Part shown: positions 6,403 through 14,603 of the stretch, one piece after another
How positions within the stretch are numbered: the stretch's first letter is position 1
How the letters are laid out: each line of letters opens with the position of its first letter
NCBI RefSeq assembly: GCF_000193735.1
Contig: NZ_AEPF01000080.1
Span: forward strand, 1 to 32,000
From: Neisseria sicca 4320
GTDB taxonomy: Bacteria; Pseudomonadota; Gammaproteobacteria; Burkholderiales; Neisseriaceae
Length of the DNA stretch: 32,000 bases
Direction of reading: 5' to 3'
Translations under genes and position numbers: made by a program
The notes under the pieces: generated by a model
The model's input: only the letters and a program-made list of their open reading frames with translations
The model's database searches: none
Told to the model about the DNA's origin: nothing

Positions 6403-8364
6403 CTACTGTTTACCGAACTGGCTGTAATCCACCACCATGTATTTGGCAGTAATTTTCTGCGAGGCGTTGCCTTCGTCGCCCATCAGAATCATCTGCGGCT
6501 TGCCGTTGACCGTAATCGAATCGACGGCTTCGACGTTGGTAATGTGGTGCAGATTGGGCAGCGAGATTTTTTGCGGTTCGTCGGTCGGGTTTCCGCTCCA
6601 AGTCCATAATTGCGAGAATTTCTGACCGGTTTCATCTTTCACTTCGTTGGCGATGACGTAGTTTTTCAACACGGGGTCGTAGTTGATAGAACGGATACCG
6701 CCGCCGTCGATGTCGAGAATGGCGACCTCGTCAAACTCAGGTTTGGCATTGCGCTCGAATACGTCTTTCGGGTTGCTGATGAATGCCACCAAAGCCATAT
6801 TGTTGAACTCAGGATCGCGGAAGCCTAAAACGAGGCGTTTCTTCACGGGATCAAACGCCATACCTTCGATATTGATTTCCTCAAAGGAAACCTCGGCTTT
6901 GGTGCGTTCGCGGATCAGGTCGTGCAGCTTCTTATCAGTTTCCAAAACCTGCGTCAGATTATCGTAGCTGGTCAGCCCCAACACATTGCCGTCTTGGATT
7001 TTAAAGCGCATCAAATGTTCGCGGTCGGGCGAGCGGTTGCCTTTGCGGGTGCGCGAATGCGAAGTGAGTGCGTAGATAAAGCCTTCATCGTCGCGCGCCA
7101 AAGCTTCCAAGTCGCTCAGACGGCGTTTGAAGCCGGTAATCACACGCGTATCCAAGGCTTCGTCTTCGACAAATCTGCCTGACGGATCGATGCTGATGAT
7201 GCTGAACGCGTGGTTGGGTTCGTCTTCGGCAATCAACAGTTTCCCGTCGGGAAGCTGTTGCACGGCGGAAGGCTCGTATACGCCGTTGAACATATTAATA
7301 CCCAAAGAGCGCAGCTCTGCCGCATTGTTGGCAGGCTTAGTTAAAAGAGAAGGCAATGTCTTCACGCCGATAAACGCCGCCAGCGAAGCCAAAAGCCCCC
7401 AGCGGAATACGGCATAAGACAAGTTGATGTATTTGAACTGTTTGTCCGCCAGCAAGCCCAGCCAGTAAAGATGGTCGCTCATCTTTTGATAGACTTGTTT
7501 ACGGTCGCCCATGATCTCTTGCATCATTTCCCAATATTGCTCTTTTTGCAACTTTACACGGTCTTCGTAAATCAGAATATTGGGCTGGCTACCGCTGAAA
7601 AAGCGGGTTTGTGTGCTGCTGAGGCGGGTTTTCAAATCACGCAGTTTGGCGCGCCCGCGGAAAAAATCCTTAAACCAAGTGCGTGCAGCCTGCATTTTGC
7701 CGATACGTTCGGGCGAAGCGGACAGAAGCGCGAACACGATGGAGGCGGCGGCGGTAATCATAAACGTACTCGCCGGAATCAGAAATTCGGGCGACGACGA
7801 GAAAATAAACGCGCCCGAAATCATCAGCGCAGACACGATAAAACCATTCAGCGAAATCATAATGTTCGCCTTGGTCGCCGCCAGTGCAAGCAGCTCCATC
7901 TCCGAACGCACGGCATTACGGAACATGGTTTCTACGCCTTTGTTCGTACCCAAAAGATCGGAAGGTGGCACATCGGCGAGTTGTCTTTGCTTCGTTCCCC
8001 TCTCTTTTTTGTCTTTCTTTTTCTTTTTGGTTTTTTCAGACGACGTTCCTATGCCTCCGAAGTTCGTGTTGTTCGTCGCAGCTTCTTCAGCATTGTACCC
8101 TTGCAGATTATTCTCCGTTTCAAATTGCACTGCCTCTTCAACTTTTAAAGTTTCTTCAGTTTTCAAGGGTTCTTTTACTTTCAAAGCTTCATCACCGTTT
8201 TCAAAAGCTTCATCTGCGCTCTCCCAAATTTCAGAAACAGGTTGCTCTGAAACAGGTTGCTGGGCATCAGGAGCGGGACGCTCAATAGGTTGGTCCCAAT
8301 CAGAAACTGTATTTTGCATATTTTGCGTCTCTTGACCTTCTTTATTTTTATTGTGGTAATCCAT
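6403..8364 (-). CDS. membrane protein: disordered acidic/Lys-rich N-terminus, PycTM/DUF5706-like TM module, and a C-terminal DUF3616/phytase-like beta-propeller-like domain
   Basis: Residues 143-333 read ...EMELLALAATKANIMISLNGFIVSALMISGAFIF..LIPASTFMITAAASIVFALLSASP.. Then comes a ~95-aa helical insert (NILIYEDRVKLQKEQYWEMM..DHLYWLGLLADKQFKYINLSY) and a third TM segment. Residues 360-653 show repeated strand-turn motifs (LLIAEDEP, FIYALTSHS, INIEGMAFDP, LVLGFRDP, GGIRSINYDP, ILMGDEGN). GGAG lies about 13 nt upstream of the ATG. Confidence 0.6.
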   Translation of the reverse strand: MDYHNKNKEGQETQNMQNTVSDWDQPIERPAPDAQQPVSEQPVSEIWESADEAFENGDEALKVKEPLKTEETLKVEEAVQFETENNLQGYNAEEAATNNTNFGGIGTSSEKTKKKKKDKKERGTKQRQLADVPPSDLLGTNKGVETMFRNAVRSEMELLALAATKANIMISLNGFIVSALMISGAFIFSSSPEFLIPASTFMITAAASIVFALLSASPERIGKMQAARTWFKDFFRGRAKLRDLKTRLSSTQTRFFSGSQPNILIYEDRVKLQKEQYWEMMQEIMGDRKQVYQKMSDHLYWLGLLADKQFKYINLSYAVFRWGLLASLAAFIGVKTLPSLLTKPANNAAELRSLGINMFNGVYEPSAVQQLPDGKLLIAEDEPNHAFSIISIDPSGRFVEDEALDTRVITGFKRRLSDLEALARDDEGFIYALTSHSRTRKGNRSPDREHLMRFKIQDGNVLGLTSYDNLTQVLETDKKLHDLIRERTKAEVSFEEINIEGMAFDPVKKRLVLGFRDPEFNNMALVAFISNPKDVFERNAKPEFDEVAILDIDGGGIRSINYDPVLKNYVIANEVKDETGQKFSQLWTWSGNPTDEPQKISLPNLHHITNVEAVDSITVNGKPQMILMGDEGNASQKITAKYMVVDYSQFGKQ

Positions 8365-8541
8365 ATTATCTTTATACTCCGTTTGAGTGAATCAATTTAG
8401 ATGGAAAGGAAAAGCGTTTTTTAGTTCCTTTTAGCCAAGATAATTTACATATCGATAAACATTATTGTTCAAAACATTACATTTATCGGAATAATACTTT
8501 TAGTAAATATTAATAAAGTAATATAATTTCTATTATTTCAG

Positions 8542-8576
8542 CAAAAACTGCCGCCAAACTTGATGTTTGCGGCAGT
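8542..8576 (-). terminator. Rho-independent terminator of the PepSY gene
   Basis: On the minus strand the sequence reads ACTGCCGCAAAC-ATCAA-GTTTGGCGGCAGT (one bulged base) followed by T5. It lies 22 nt after the stop codon at 8598. Confidence 0.65.
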
Positions 8577-8597
8577 CTTAAACCATTGTTAATCAGA

Positions 8598-8882
8598 TTA
8601 GTAATCGATGCGCTCTTTGATGATTCTTAAGTCGGGGTAAGACAATTTGATGTCGTATTCGCGACCGCCTTTATAGGCCTCTACTTCCAACACGGGTCTT
8701 CCGCGATAGTCGTCAGCATCGATATCGTGAACGCGGTAACCGCGTTGTTCAAGCATTCTGATGGCTTTTGCACGGTTTTGTTCGAAATTTCTGTCGCTGT
8801 AAATTTGGTGTTCAATGTAATCGCTTGCACCAGCAGTAGCGGCGGTCAGAGCAACGATAGCGGTCAATAATAATTTTTTCAT
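8598..8882 (-). CDS. small secreted PepSY-domain protein
   Basis: The signal peptide is MKKLLLTAIVALTAATAGA|SD. The PepSY-like pattern is AIRMLEQRGYRVHDIDADDYRGRPVLEVEAYKGGREYDIKLSYPDLRII. AGGAAG lies 6 nt upstream of the ATG. Confidence 0.65.
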   Translation of the reverse strand: MKKLLLTAIVALTAATAGASDYIEHQIYSDRNFEQNRAKAIRMLEQRGYRVHDIDADDYRGRPVLEVEAYKGGREYDIKLSYPDLRIIKERIDY

Positions 8883-9045
8883 GATCGACTTCCTTTCGAA
8901 ATGTGTCGTTTGGGGTTTTGGTGAATGTGTATTTAAACACGGAAAAATTAGCAGTCATTTAGCACTTCGTAAAACGTAGTAAAGGTCGTCTGCAACATTC
9001 CAAATAACCTTTTAACATTTAATCTTTCTCCATTGCAGGCTGTGT

Positions 9046-9834
9046 CTAAGTTTCTGCAGGCGGAAGGGGCGGGTGCTCGTCGGTTTCTTCCGATTTGGGT
9101 TTGACAAAGCGGCTGCACCAGATGCCTGCTTCGTAAAGCAGGATAAGCGGGACGGCAAGCAGGGTTTGGGAAATCACGTCCGGCGGGGTAATGATCGCTG
9201 CAACGACGAATGCGCCGACAATGACGTAGGGGCGTGCGTTTTTGAGTTGTTCGGTGGTCACGATACCTATTTTGGCGAGCAGGACGACGACGACGGGGAC
9301 TTCGAAAGTCGTACCGAATGCGACGAACATGCCTAAAATAAAAGACAAATATTTGTCGATGTCGGTCGCCATGTTGACGCCGACGGGGGTGATGCCAGCG
9401 AGGAATTTAAAGATGACGGGGAAAACGAGGTAGTAGGCAAACGCCATGCCGACAAAAAACAGGCTGACGCTGGAGAGGACGAGCGGGGTAATCAGGCGTT
9501 TTTCGTTTTGATAGAGGGCAGGCGCGACGAATGCCCAGATTTGGTAGAGCGTATGCGGCAGGGAAACAAGGAATGCCGCCATCAACGTTACTTTCACCGG
9601 TACGAAAAACGGCGCGATGACGTCGGTGGCAATCATGCTGGTGTCTTTGGGAAGATTCACCATCAATGGTTCGGCAACAAAAGTGTAAAGCTGCTGGGCA
9701 AACGGCATCATGCCGAGAAAGCAGACGACGATGCCGATGACGATCCACATCAGGCGGCGGCGTAGCTCGATAAGGTGTTCGATAAGAGGTTGGACGGGTT
9801 GTTCGTTTTGAGGTTCGGACACCGGTTTACTCAC
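9046..9834 (-). CDS. tatC: twin-arginine translocase subunit TatC
   Basis: A six-TM protein with the conserved LIELRRRL N-terminal helix. It has a GTG start overlapping the tatB stop codon (GTGA) and follows tatA and tatB. Confidence 0.9.
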   Translation of the reverse strand: MSKPVSEPQNEQPVQPLIEHLIELRRRLMWIVIGIVVCFLGMMPFAQQLYTFVAEPLMVNLPKDTSMIATDVIAPFFVPVKVTLMAAFLVSLPHTLYQIWAFVAPALYQNEKRLITPLVLSSVSLFFVGMAFAYYLVFPVIFKFLAGITPVGVNMATDIDKYLSFILGMFVAFGTTFEVPVVVVLLAKIGIVTTEQLKNARPYVIVGAFVVAAIITPPDVISQTLLAVPLILLYEAGIWCSRFVKPKSEETDEHPPLPPAET

Positions 9835-10505
9835 TTTTTACGGACGCGAAGTTTGGGTTTGGCATGAAATTTCGGGCGCAGGTCGCGCTTGCGGTTCATC
9901 GCTTGTTTTTTGAGGGAGGTGATATGCAGCACGGGCGCGTCTGCGGAAGTGTCGATATAGCTGACTTCTACGACATTGGACGCCGGAGCGGCGCTGCCGG
10001 TCAGATATTCGCGCCATGTGCGATCTTGCTCGGATTCCGCAGGCGTGTCGGTTTCGACGGCATCCGTCGTAGTGTCTGCTTGCGCCGTAGCGTTTTCAGA
10101 CGACGTGGAAATAGCCGGGTCGTCTGAAACTTCCGCACTTAACGAAGGAAGCGGGTTGCCGTGTTCATCCAAACCGAAATCGGCAGGCGTGCGTTGCGCC
10201 GGCAGGCGTTCCCACGGTTTGAGTCCGTCAGAAATGTCGTGCAGGTTGTCCTGCATATCCGTACCGGTTTCTTTGAGGCTGTCGCGCACTTGTGCGGCGG
10301 CGGCTTCAAATTCCTGTTTGGCTTTGCGCAGCTCTTCCAATTCGACTTGGGTGTTGAATTCCTGCTTGACGCTGCTGACGAGGCGTTGCAGCTTGCCGAT
10401 AAGCCGTCCGGCAGTACGGGCGGCTTCGGGCAGACGCTCGGGACCAAGTACAATCAGGGCGACAATGCCGACTAACAGCAGCTCGCCCAAACCGAAATCA
10501 AACAT
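9831..10505 (-). CDS. tatB: twin-arginine translocase subunit TatB
   Basis: The N-terminus MFDFGLGELLLVGIVALIVLGPERLPEAARTAGR gives a TM segment plus amphipathic helix, followed by a long variable acidic tail. Confidence 0.9.
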   Translation of the reverse strand: MFDFGLGELLLVGIVALIVLGPERLPEAARTAGRLIGKLQRLVSSVKQEFNTQVELEELRKAKQEFEAAAAQVRDSLKETGTDMQDNLHDISDGLKPWERLPAQRTPADFGLDEHGNPLPSLSAEVSDDPAISTSSENATAQADTTTDAVETDTPAESEQDRTWREYLTGSAAPASNVVEVSYIDTSADAPVLHITSLKKQAMNRKRDLRPKFHAKPKLRVRKK

Positions 10506-10508
10506 AGA

Positions 10509-10697
10509 TTATGCTTTGTCTTCGTCTTTTTTGTGTTCGATGACTTCGTCTTTTTTACCGTCAGTACCTTCGTTCAGACCTTGTTTGAAGTCATGCACGG
10601 CACCGCCGAGGTCTTTGCCGACGTTGCGCAGTTTTTTGGTACCGAAAACCAAAACGACGATAATTAATACGATAATCCAGTGCCACAGAGAGAACAT
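10509..10697 (-). CDS. tatA: twin-arginine translocase subunit TatA
   Basis: A 62-aa protein reading [40 protein letters not shown]. Confidence 0.9.
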   Translation of the reverse strand: MFSLWHWIIVLIIVVLVFGTKKLRNVGKDLGGAVHDFKQGLNEGTDGKKDEVIEHKKDEDKA

Positions 10698-10742
10698 GGT
10701 AAATCCTTGATATAGTTGAGAATGGATATTTGAAATGTTGGT

Positions 10743-11066
10743 TTACGCAGGCGTACCCATGATGTGGATATGCAGGTGGAACACTTCCTGCCCGCCGCCT
10801 TTGCCCGTATTGATTAGGGTTTTGAAGCCGTCGGTCAAACCTGCCGCTTTGGCGATTTGAGGGACTTTCAACATCATTTTGCCCAAGAGGGTTTGATGTT
10901 CGGGCGCGGCGTGTGCCAGCGAGTCAAAATGGACTTTCGGAATCAGCAGCAGATGAACTGGCGCGGTGGGGCGGATGTCTTTGAAGCACAACATCTCGTC
11001 GTCTTCGTACACGGTTTGCGCCGGAATGTCTTTGGCGGCGATTTTACAGAAAATACAGTTGTCCAT
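10743..11066 (-). CDS. HIT-family (HinT-like) nucleotide hydrolase
   Basis: CIFCKI at the N-terminus and the histidine triad HLHIHIMG near the C-terminus. Confidence 0.85.
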   Translation of the reverse strand: MDNCIFCKIAAKDIPAQTVYEDDEMLCFKDIRPTAPVHLLLIPKVHFDSLAHAAPEHQTLLGKMMLKVPQIAKAAGLTDGFKTLINTGKGGGQEVFHLHIHIMGTPA

Positions 11067-11076
11067 AATGGCTCCG

Positions 11077-11140
11077 AGGTCGTCTGAAAACGAGCGCAGC
11101 GAGTTTCGCTAAAACGAGTGCAGCGAGTTTCGTCAAACAG
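11077..11140 (+). repeat. DUS fused to two tandem ~23-bp units of the ACGAGCGCAGCGAGTTTCGCTAA repeat family
   Basis: AGGTCGTCTGAA (11077-11088) is followed by AACGAGCGCAGCGAGTTTCGCTA and then AAACGAGTGCAGCGAGTTTCGTCA. Confidence 0.85.
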
Positions 11141-11179
11141 ACGGCAGAAAAACGAATAAGGTCGGATTGTAATATAAAT

Positions 11180-11503
11180 TCAAGACTCTTTGCGAGAGGC
11201 TTTTTCCGCCAAGCCCGATAAACCTTGACGACGCGCAAGCTCGTTGACGACATCTTCGGCGCGCAAACCGTGGTGCGCCAAGAGAACCATGGTGTGAAAC
11301 CATAAGTCGGCAACTTCGTAAACGAGGTGTTCGCCGCCGCCGTCTTTCGACGCCATCAGCACTTCGCCCGCTTCTTCGATGACTTTTTTGAGGATTTTGT
11401 CTTCGCCTTTGTGCAGAAGCTGGGCAACGTAGGAAGCTTCGGGATCGCCGCCTTTTCGGGAGTCGATGGTGTTTTGGATTTGGGAGAGGATGGTGTCGGT
11501 CAT
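11180..11503 (-). CDS. hisE: phosphoribosyl-ATP pyrophosphatase
   Basis: [28 protein letters not shown]...[18 protein letters not shown] is the typical HisE pattern. It is monofunctional, separate from hisI. Confidence 0.9.
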   Translation of the reverse strand: MTDTILSQIQNTIDSRKGGDPEASYVAQLLHKGEDKILKKVIEEAGEVLMASKDGGGEHLVYEVADLWFHTMVLLAHHGLRAEDVVNELARRQGLSGLAEKASRKES

Positions 11504-11605
11504 GGGATTTTTTTCGGCTTTGAAGGATAAGGACTATTCGGATAAGGCATCGGCTTGCTTGGTTTCGGGTGAGTGTTTTGACAACAGACAATCATCAACC
11601 CGATT

Positions 11606-11643
11606 TTTAGCGAAACTCGTTGCACTCGCTTTCAGACGACCTC
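11606..11643 (-). repeat. one unit of the 23-bp repeat family fused to a DUS (reverse orientation)
   Basis: TAGCGAAACTCGTTGCACTCGC is directly followed by TTTCAGACGACCT. Confidence 0.8.
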
Positions 11644-12050
11644 TAAGGATGCGCATGCCCATAAATGACTTCTTCGTCTTTCAATACGGCATCAACCGTC
11701 TGCCATTCGCCGTCTTTCCAAACTTTGTAGAAACAGCTTTCGCGCCCCGTATGGCAGGCGATGCCGCCGTTTTGGTCTATCAGCATCACGATGGCGTCGC
11801 CGTCGCAGTCGAGGCGTAATTCGTACACCTTTTGCGTGTGTCCCGACTCTTCGCCCTTCATCCATTGTTTCTGGCGCGAACGGCTGTAATAGTGTGCAAA
11901 GCCGGTTTCTACCGTTTTTTGCAGCGCCTCGGCGTTCATCCATGCGACCATCAATACGCGGCGGGTCTGCCGGTCTTGGGCAATGGCGCAGACCAAGCCT
12001 TTTTCATCGAATTTGACGGCTTCAAGCAGGCTGTTATCCATATTCGGCAT
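11643..12050 (-). CDS. hisI: phosphoribosyl-AMP cyclohydrolase
   Basis: GLVCAIAQD...VLMVAWMN...[22 protein letters not shown]...[27 protein letters not shown]. Confidence 0.9.
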   Translation of the reverse strand: MPNMDNSLLEAVKFDEKGLVCAIAQDRQTRRVLMVAWMNAEALQKTVETGFAHYYSRSRQKQWMKGEESGHTQKVYELRLDCDGDAIVMLIDQNGGIACHTGRESCFYKVWKDGEWQTVDAVLKDEEVIYGHAHP

Positions 12051-12063
12051 CCTTATTTTATAT

Positions 12064-12098
12064 TGGCGAAACTCGCTTCACTCGTTTTCAGACGACCC
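12064..12098 (-). repeat. one unit of the 23-bp repeat family fused to a DUS (reverse orientation)
   Basis: TGGCGAAACTCGCTTCACTCGTT is directly followed by TTCAGACGACCC. Confidence 0.8.
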
Positions 12099-12117
12099 TA
12101 AGTCAATCAAGTTCAAC

Positions 12118-12885
12118 TTACAGCCGCACTTCGATTCCGGCTTCGCGCATGGCGAGCTTCGCATCGCGGATACTGACTTCGCCGAAATGGAAAATACTGG
12201 CGGCAAGCACGGCATCGGCTTTGCCTTCTTTGATGCCGTCAATCAGATGCTGCACATTGCCGACGCCGCCGGAGGCGATGACGGGAATATCGACCGCTTC
12301 GCTGACGGCGCGGGTCAGCGGCAGGTTGAAGCCTTGTTTCGTACCGTCCCTGTCCATGCTGGTGAGCAGGATTTCGCCCGCGCCGCGCCGTTGCATTTCA
12401 ACTGCCCATTCGACTGCGTCCAAGCCCGTCGGCGTGCGCCCGCCGTGGGTGAAGATTTCCCAGCGGGTGTTTTCGGGATTGACGGCTTTGGCATCGACGG
12501 CAACGACGATGGCTTGCGAGCCGAAAAATCCGGCGGCTTCGTTGACTAAATCGGGATTGGTTACGGCGGCGGTGTTGATGCTGGCTTTGTCCGCACCAGC
12601 ATTGAGCAGACGGCGGATGTCGGCTACGGTGCGCACGCCGCCGCCGACGGTCAGCGGAATGAAAACTTGTGAGGCAACGTCTTCGATGACGTGCAAAATG
12701 GTGTCTCGGTTGTCGGAGGAAGCGGTGATATCGAGAAAGGTCAACTCGTCCGCGCCTTCGTCGTTGTAGCGTTTGGCGACATCGACGGGGTTGCCTGCAT
12801 CGCGCAAACCGAGAAAGTTCACGCCTTTGACGACGCGGCCGTCTTTGACGTCGAGACAGGGGATGATGCGTTTTGCCAGTGCCAT
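12118..12885 (-). CDS. hisF: imidazole glycerol phosphate synthase, cyclase subunit
   Basis: [24 protein letters not shown]...[12 protein letters not shown]...GGGVRT...ASGGVG. Confidence 0.95.
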   Translation of the reverse strand: MALAKRIIPCLDVKDGRVVKGVNFLGLRDAGNPVDVAKRYNDEGADELTFLDITASSDNRDTILHVIEDVASQVFIPLTVGGGVRTVADIRRLLNAGADKASINTAAVTNPDLVNEAAGFFGSQAIVVAVDAKAVNPENTRWEIFTHGGRTPTGLDAVEWAVEMQRRGAGEILLTSMDRDGTKQGFNLPLTRAVSEAVDIPVIASGGVGNVQHLIDGIKEGKADAVLAASIFHFGEVSIRDAKLAMREAGIEVRL

Positions 12886-12913
12886 TTCGAATGCCTTTCC
12901 AAACCTAGGAATG

Positions 12914-12999
12914 AGGTCGTCTGAAAGTGAGCGAAGCGGGTTTCGCTAAAACCTATACAACGGATTTTACCCAAACGGACAATCCTTTTCAGACGACCT
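12914..12999. repeat. forward DUS plus one 23-bp-family unit, a spacer, then a reverse DUS
   Basis: AGGTCGTCTGAA (12914-12925) is followed by AGTGAGCGAAGCGGGTTTCGCTAAAA. TTCAGACGACCT lies at 12988-12999. Confidence 0.8.
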
Positions 13000-13029
13000 T
13001 TTAAATCATTGATACCGGCAAGGCAGGTG

Positions 13030-13347
13030 TTACGCCAGCCAGTTGTGAACCCATTTGGGCAGGTGTTGGAGCAGTTGGAAATAGCCGACGCCCGCAATGG
13101 CGGCGAATACGCAGGAAGTCATAAAGTTGCCGCTGAAACGTCCAACGATATAAAACACTGCGCTGGCAAATGCCCACAACGCGCCGTTAAACGCCATCCA
13201 ATAGGTGTCGATCATTGGCATATCAAACGCGGAAAGCTGACGGACGAGGATAGCGATAATGGTAAATCCCAAACCTTCGCTGACGGCGCGCACATTGCGA
13301 CCGGACGACCAGATAATCCAAAAGCCCAAAATAAATGCTTCAAACAT
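13030..13347 (-). CDS. small integral membrane protein embedded in the his cluster (function unknown)
   Basis: A 105-aa protein with 3-4 hydrophobic helices (MFEAFILGFWIIWSS..., GFTIIAILV, ALWAFASAVFYIVG, CVFAAIAGVGYF). I chose the start at M21 of the tracked ORF. The antisense + ORF 13009..13437 looks non-protein-like. Confidence 0.55.
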   Translation of the reverse strand: MFEAFILGFWIIWSSGRNVRAVSEGLGFTIIAILVRQLSAFDMPMIDTYWMAFNGALWAFASAVFYIVGRFSGNFMTSCVFAAIAGVGYFQLLQHLPKWVHNWLA

Positions 13348-13615
13348 GAAATACCCCTTAAAAAAGTAAATAAAACAATTAAGTGTGAGATGGTGAGTCC
13401 CAAGCAATATTCGGCGGTCAGCCGCCTTTTATTGTGAAGAAAAAATGGACGAACCCATCTTTTGCCCTGTCTATACAGATAGGGCAACAATGAAAGCAAA
13501 CGGGTTCAACCGATTATTTTGTATCTTCGCCCCGCTATCTTGTTTTAAAACAGCGGGACAAGTGAGTAAGAAAGCGTTTGGTCATTTCAGACGACCTTGA
13601 TGATTGTTTTATATA

Positions 13616-13697
13616 AGGTAGTCTGAAAACGAGCGCAGCGAGTTTCGCTAAAACGAACGCAGTGAGTTTAGCAAAACGAACGCAGTAAGTTTCGCTA
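13616..13697 (+). repeat. degenerate DUS followed by three tandem ~23-bp units of the repeat family
   Basis: AGGTAGTCTGAA is followed by AACGAGCGCAGCGAGTTTCGCTA, then AAACGAACGCAGTGAGTTTAGCA, then AAACGAACGCAGTAAGTTTCGCTA. Confidence 0.85.
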
Positions 13698-13704
13698 CAT
13701 CAAC

Positions 13705-14442
13705 TTATACCAGCGAATCCGCCAACTGCTGCGCTTGGGCAAAATCAATACTGCCCTCGTAAATCGCGCGACCGGTAATCGCACCTGCCACGCCGTGTTT
13801 CTCAACGGCACACAAAGCGCGGATGTCGTCCAAATTGGTCAGTCCGCCCGATGCGATAACCGGAATGGCGACGGCTTGCGCCAATTTGACGGTTGCGTCG
13901 ATGTTCACGCCGCTCATCATGCCGTCGCGACCGATATCGGTGTAAATAATGCTGTTGACGCCGTCGTCTTCAAAACGTTTCGCCAAATCAATCACATGAT
14001 GCTCGGTTACCGTCGCCCAGCCGTCTATCGCCACCATGCCGTCTTTGGCATCCAGTCCGACGATAATCTGCCCGGGAAATGTTTTGCACGCCTCGCGTAC
14101 GAAGTCGGGATTTTTTACCGCCGCCGTACCGATAATGACGTCGTTCAATCCCAAATCCAAATATTTTTCAATGGTTTCTAAGTCGCGTATTCCGCCGCCC
14201 AGTTGTACGGGAATGTTTTTGGCAACGGCAGCGAGGATGTCCTTGATGGCAGGAAAATTTTGCGGAACGCCGGCAAATGCGCCGTTCAAATCCACCAAAT
14301 GCAAACGGCGCGCGCCTTGCTTGAACCAATGCAGCGCAGTTTCAGCGGGCGAGTCGGAAAACACCGTCGCCTGCTCCATCAAACCTTGTTTCAGGCGCAC
14401 ACAGCGGCCTTCTTTTAAATCGATTGCGGGAATCAGCAGCAT
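13705..14442 (-). CDS. hisA: ProFAR isomerase (1-(5-phosphoribosyl)-5-[(5-phosphoribosylamino)methylideneamino]imidazole-4-carboxamide isomerase)
   Basis: [20 protein letters not shown]...LHLVDLNGA...QLGGGIRD...ASGGL. Confidence 0.95.
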   Translation of the reverse strand: MLLIPAIDLKEGRCVRLKQGLMEQATVFSDSPAETALHWFKQGARRLHLVDLNGAFAGVPQNFPAIKDILAAVAKNIPVQLGGGIRDLETIEKYLDLGLNDVIIGTAAVKNPDFVREACKTFPGQIIVGLDAKDGMVAIDGWATVTEHHVIDLAKRFEDDGVNSIIYTDIGRDGMMSGVNIDATVKLAQAVAIPVIASGGLTNLDDIRALCAVEKHGVAGAITGRAIYEGSIDFAQAQQLADSLV

Positions 14443-14603
14443 GGGAGTCCTATTCTTATGCGGAACGTATTTTACACAAATTATCGAGTTTTAGCAGATT
14501 TGAATAATTCAAGTTAACAGTAATACGAAATCCTAATCAAAATCGCTTGAAAATCCTTTTCAGACGACCCGATTAATTTCTAGAAATCAAAGGGTAAGCC
14601 TTT

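Noticed and set aside
7471-8335. Long + strand ORFs (7471..8148, 7580..8335, 7884..8288) antisense to the 653-aa gene
   Set aside because: They lie wholly inside a gene with coherent domain structure on the other strand. Their translations are Arg/Ser/Phe-rich low-complexity mirror images of the Lys/Glu-rich sense sequence.
9976-10710. A 244-aa + ORF, with others at 9864 and 10161 (+) and 10139 (-), overlapping tatB and tatA
   Set aside because: They are antisense or alternative frames of unmistakable tat genes, with Ser/Arg/Cys-rich, non-protein-like composition.
11133-11591. A 152-aa Arg-rich ORF and an 89-aa ORF (11044..11313) overlapping hisE and the repeats
   Set aside because: They are alternative frames of hisE. 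The 'AKLAALVFRRP' peptides are simply translations of the 23-bp repeat plus DUS.
12149-12769. A 206-aa + ORF antisense to hisF, with similar antisense ORFs in hisA (13735, 14036), hisH (14652, 14982), lctP (15546, 15961, 16522), guaA (17431), radA (20419-21612) and ctpA (21836-23307)
   Set aside because: Each lies inside a confidently identified housekeeping gene on the opposite strand. Long antisense frames are typical of GC-rich third-position bias.
13009-13437. A 142-aa + strand ORF opposite the small membrane gene in the his cluster
   Set aside because: Its translation is charged, irregular and non-protein-like. The minus-strand frame gives regular TM helices and matches the orientation of the whole cluster. 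The + strand hairpin at ~13408-13430 keeps a small doubt alive (see findings).
13628-13697. Three tandem 23-bp units, considered as a mini-CRISPR array
   Set aside because: The units are contiguous with no spacers and are degenerate copies of a dispersed repeat fused to DUS. No cas genes are present.
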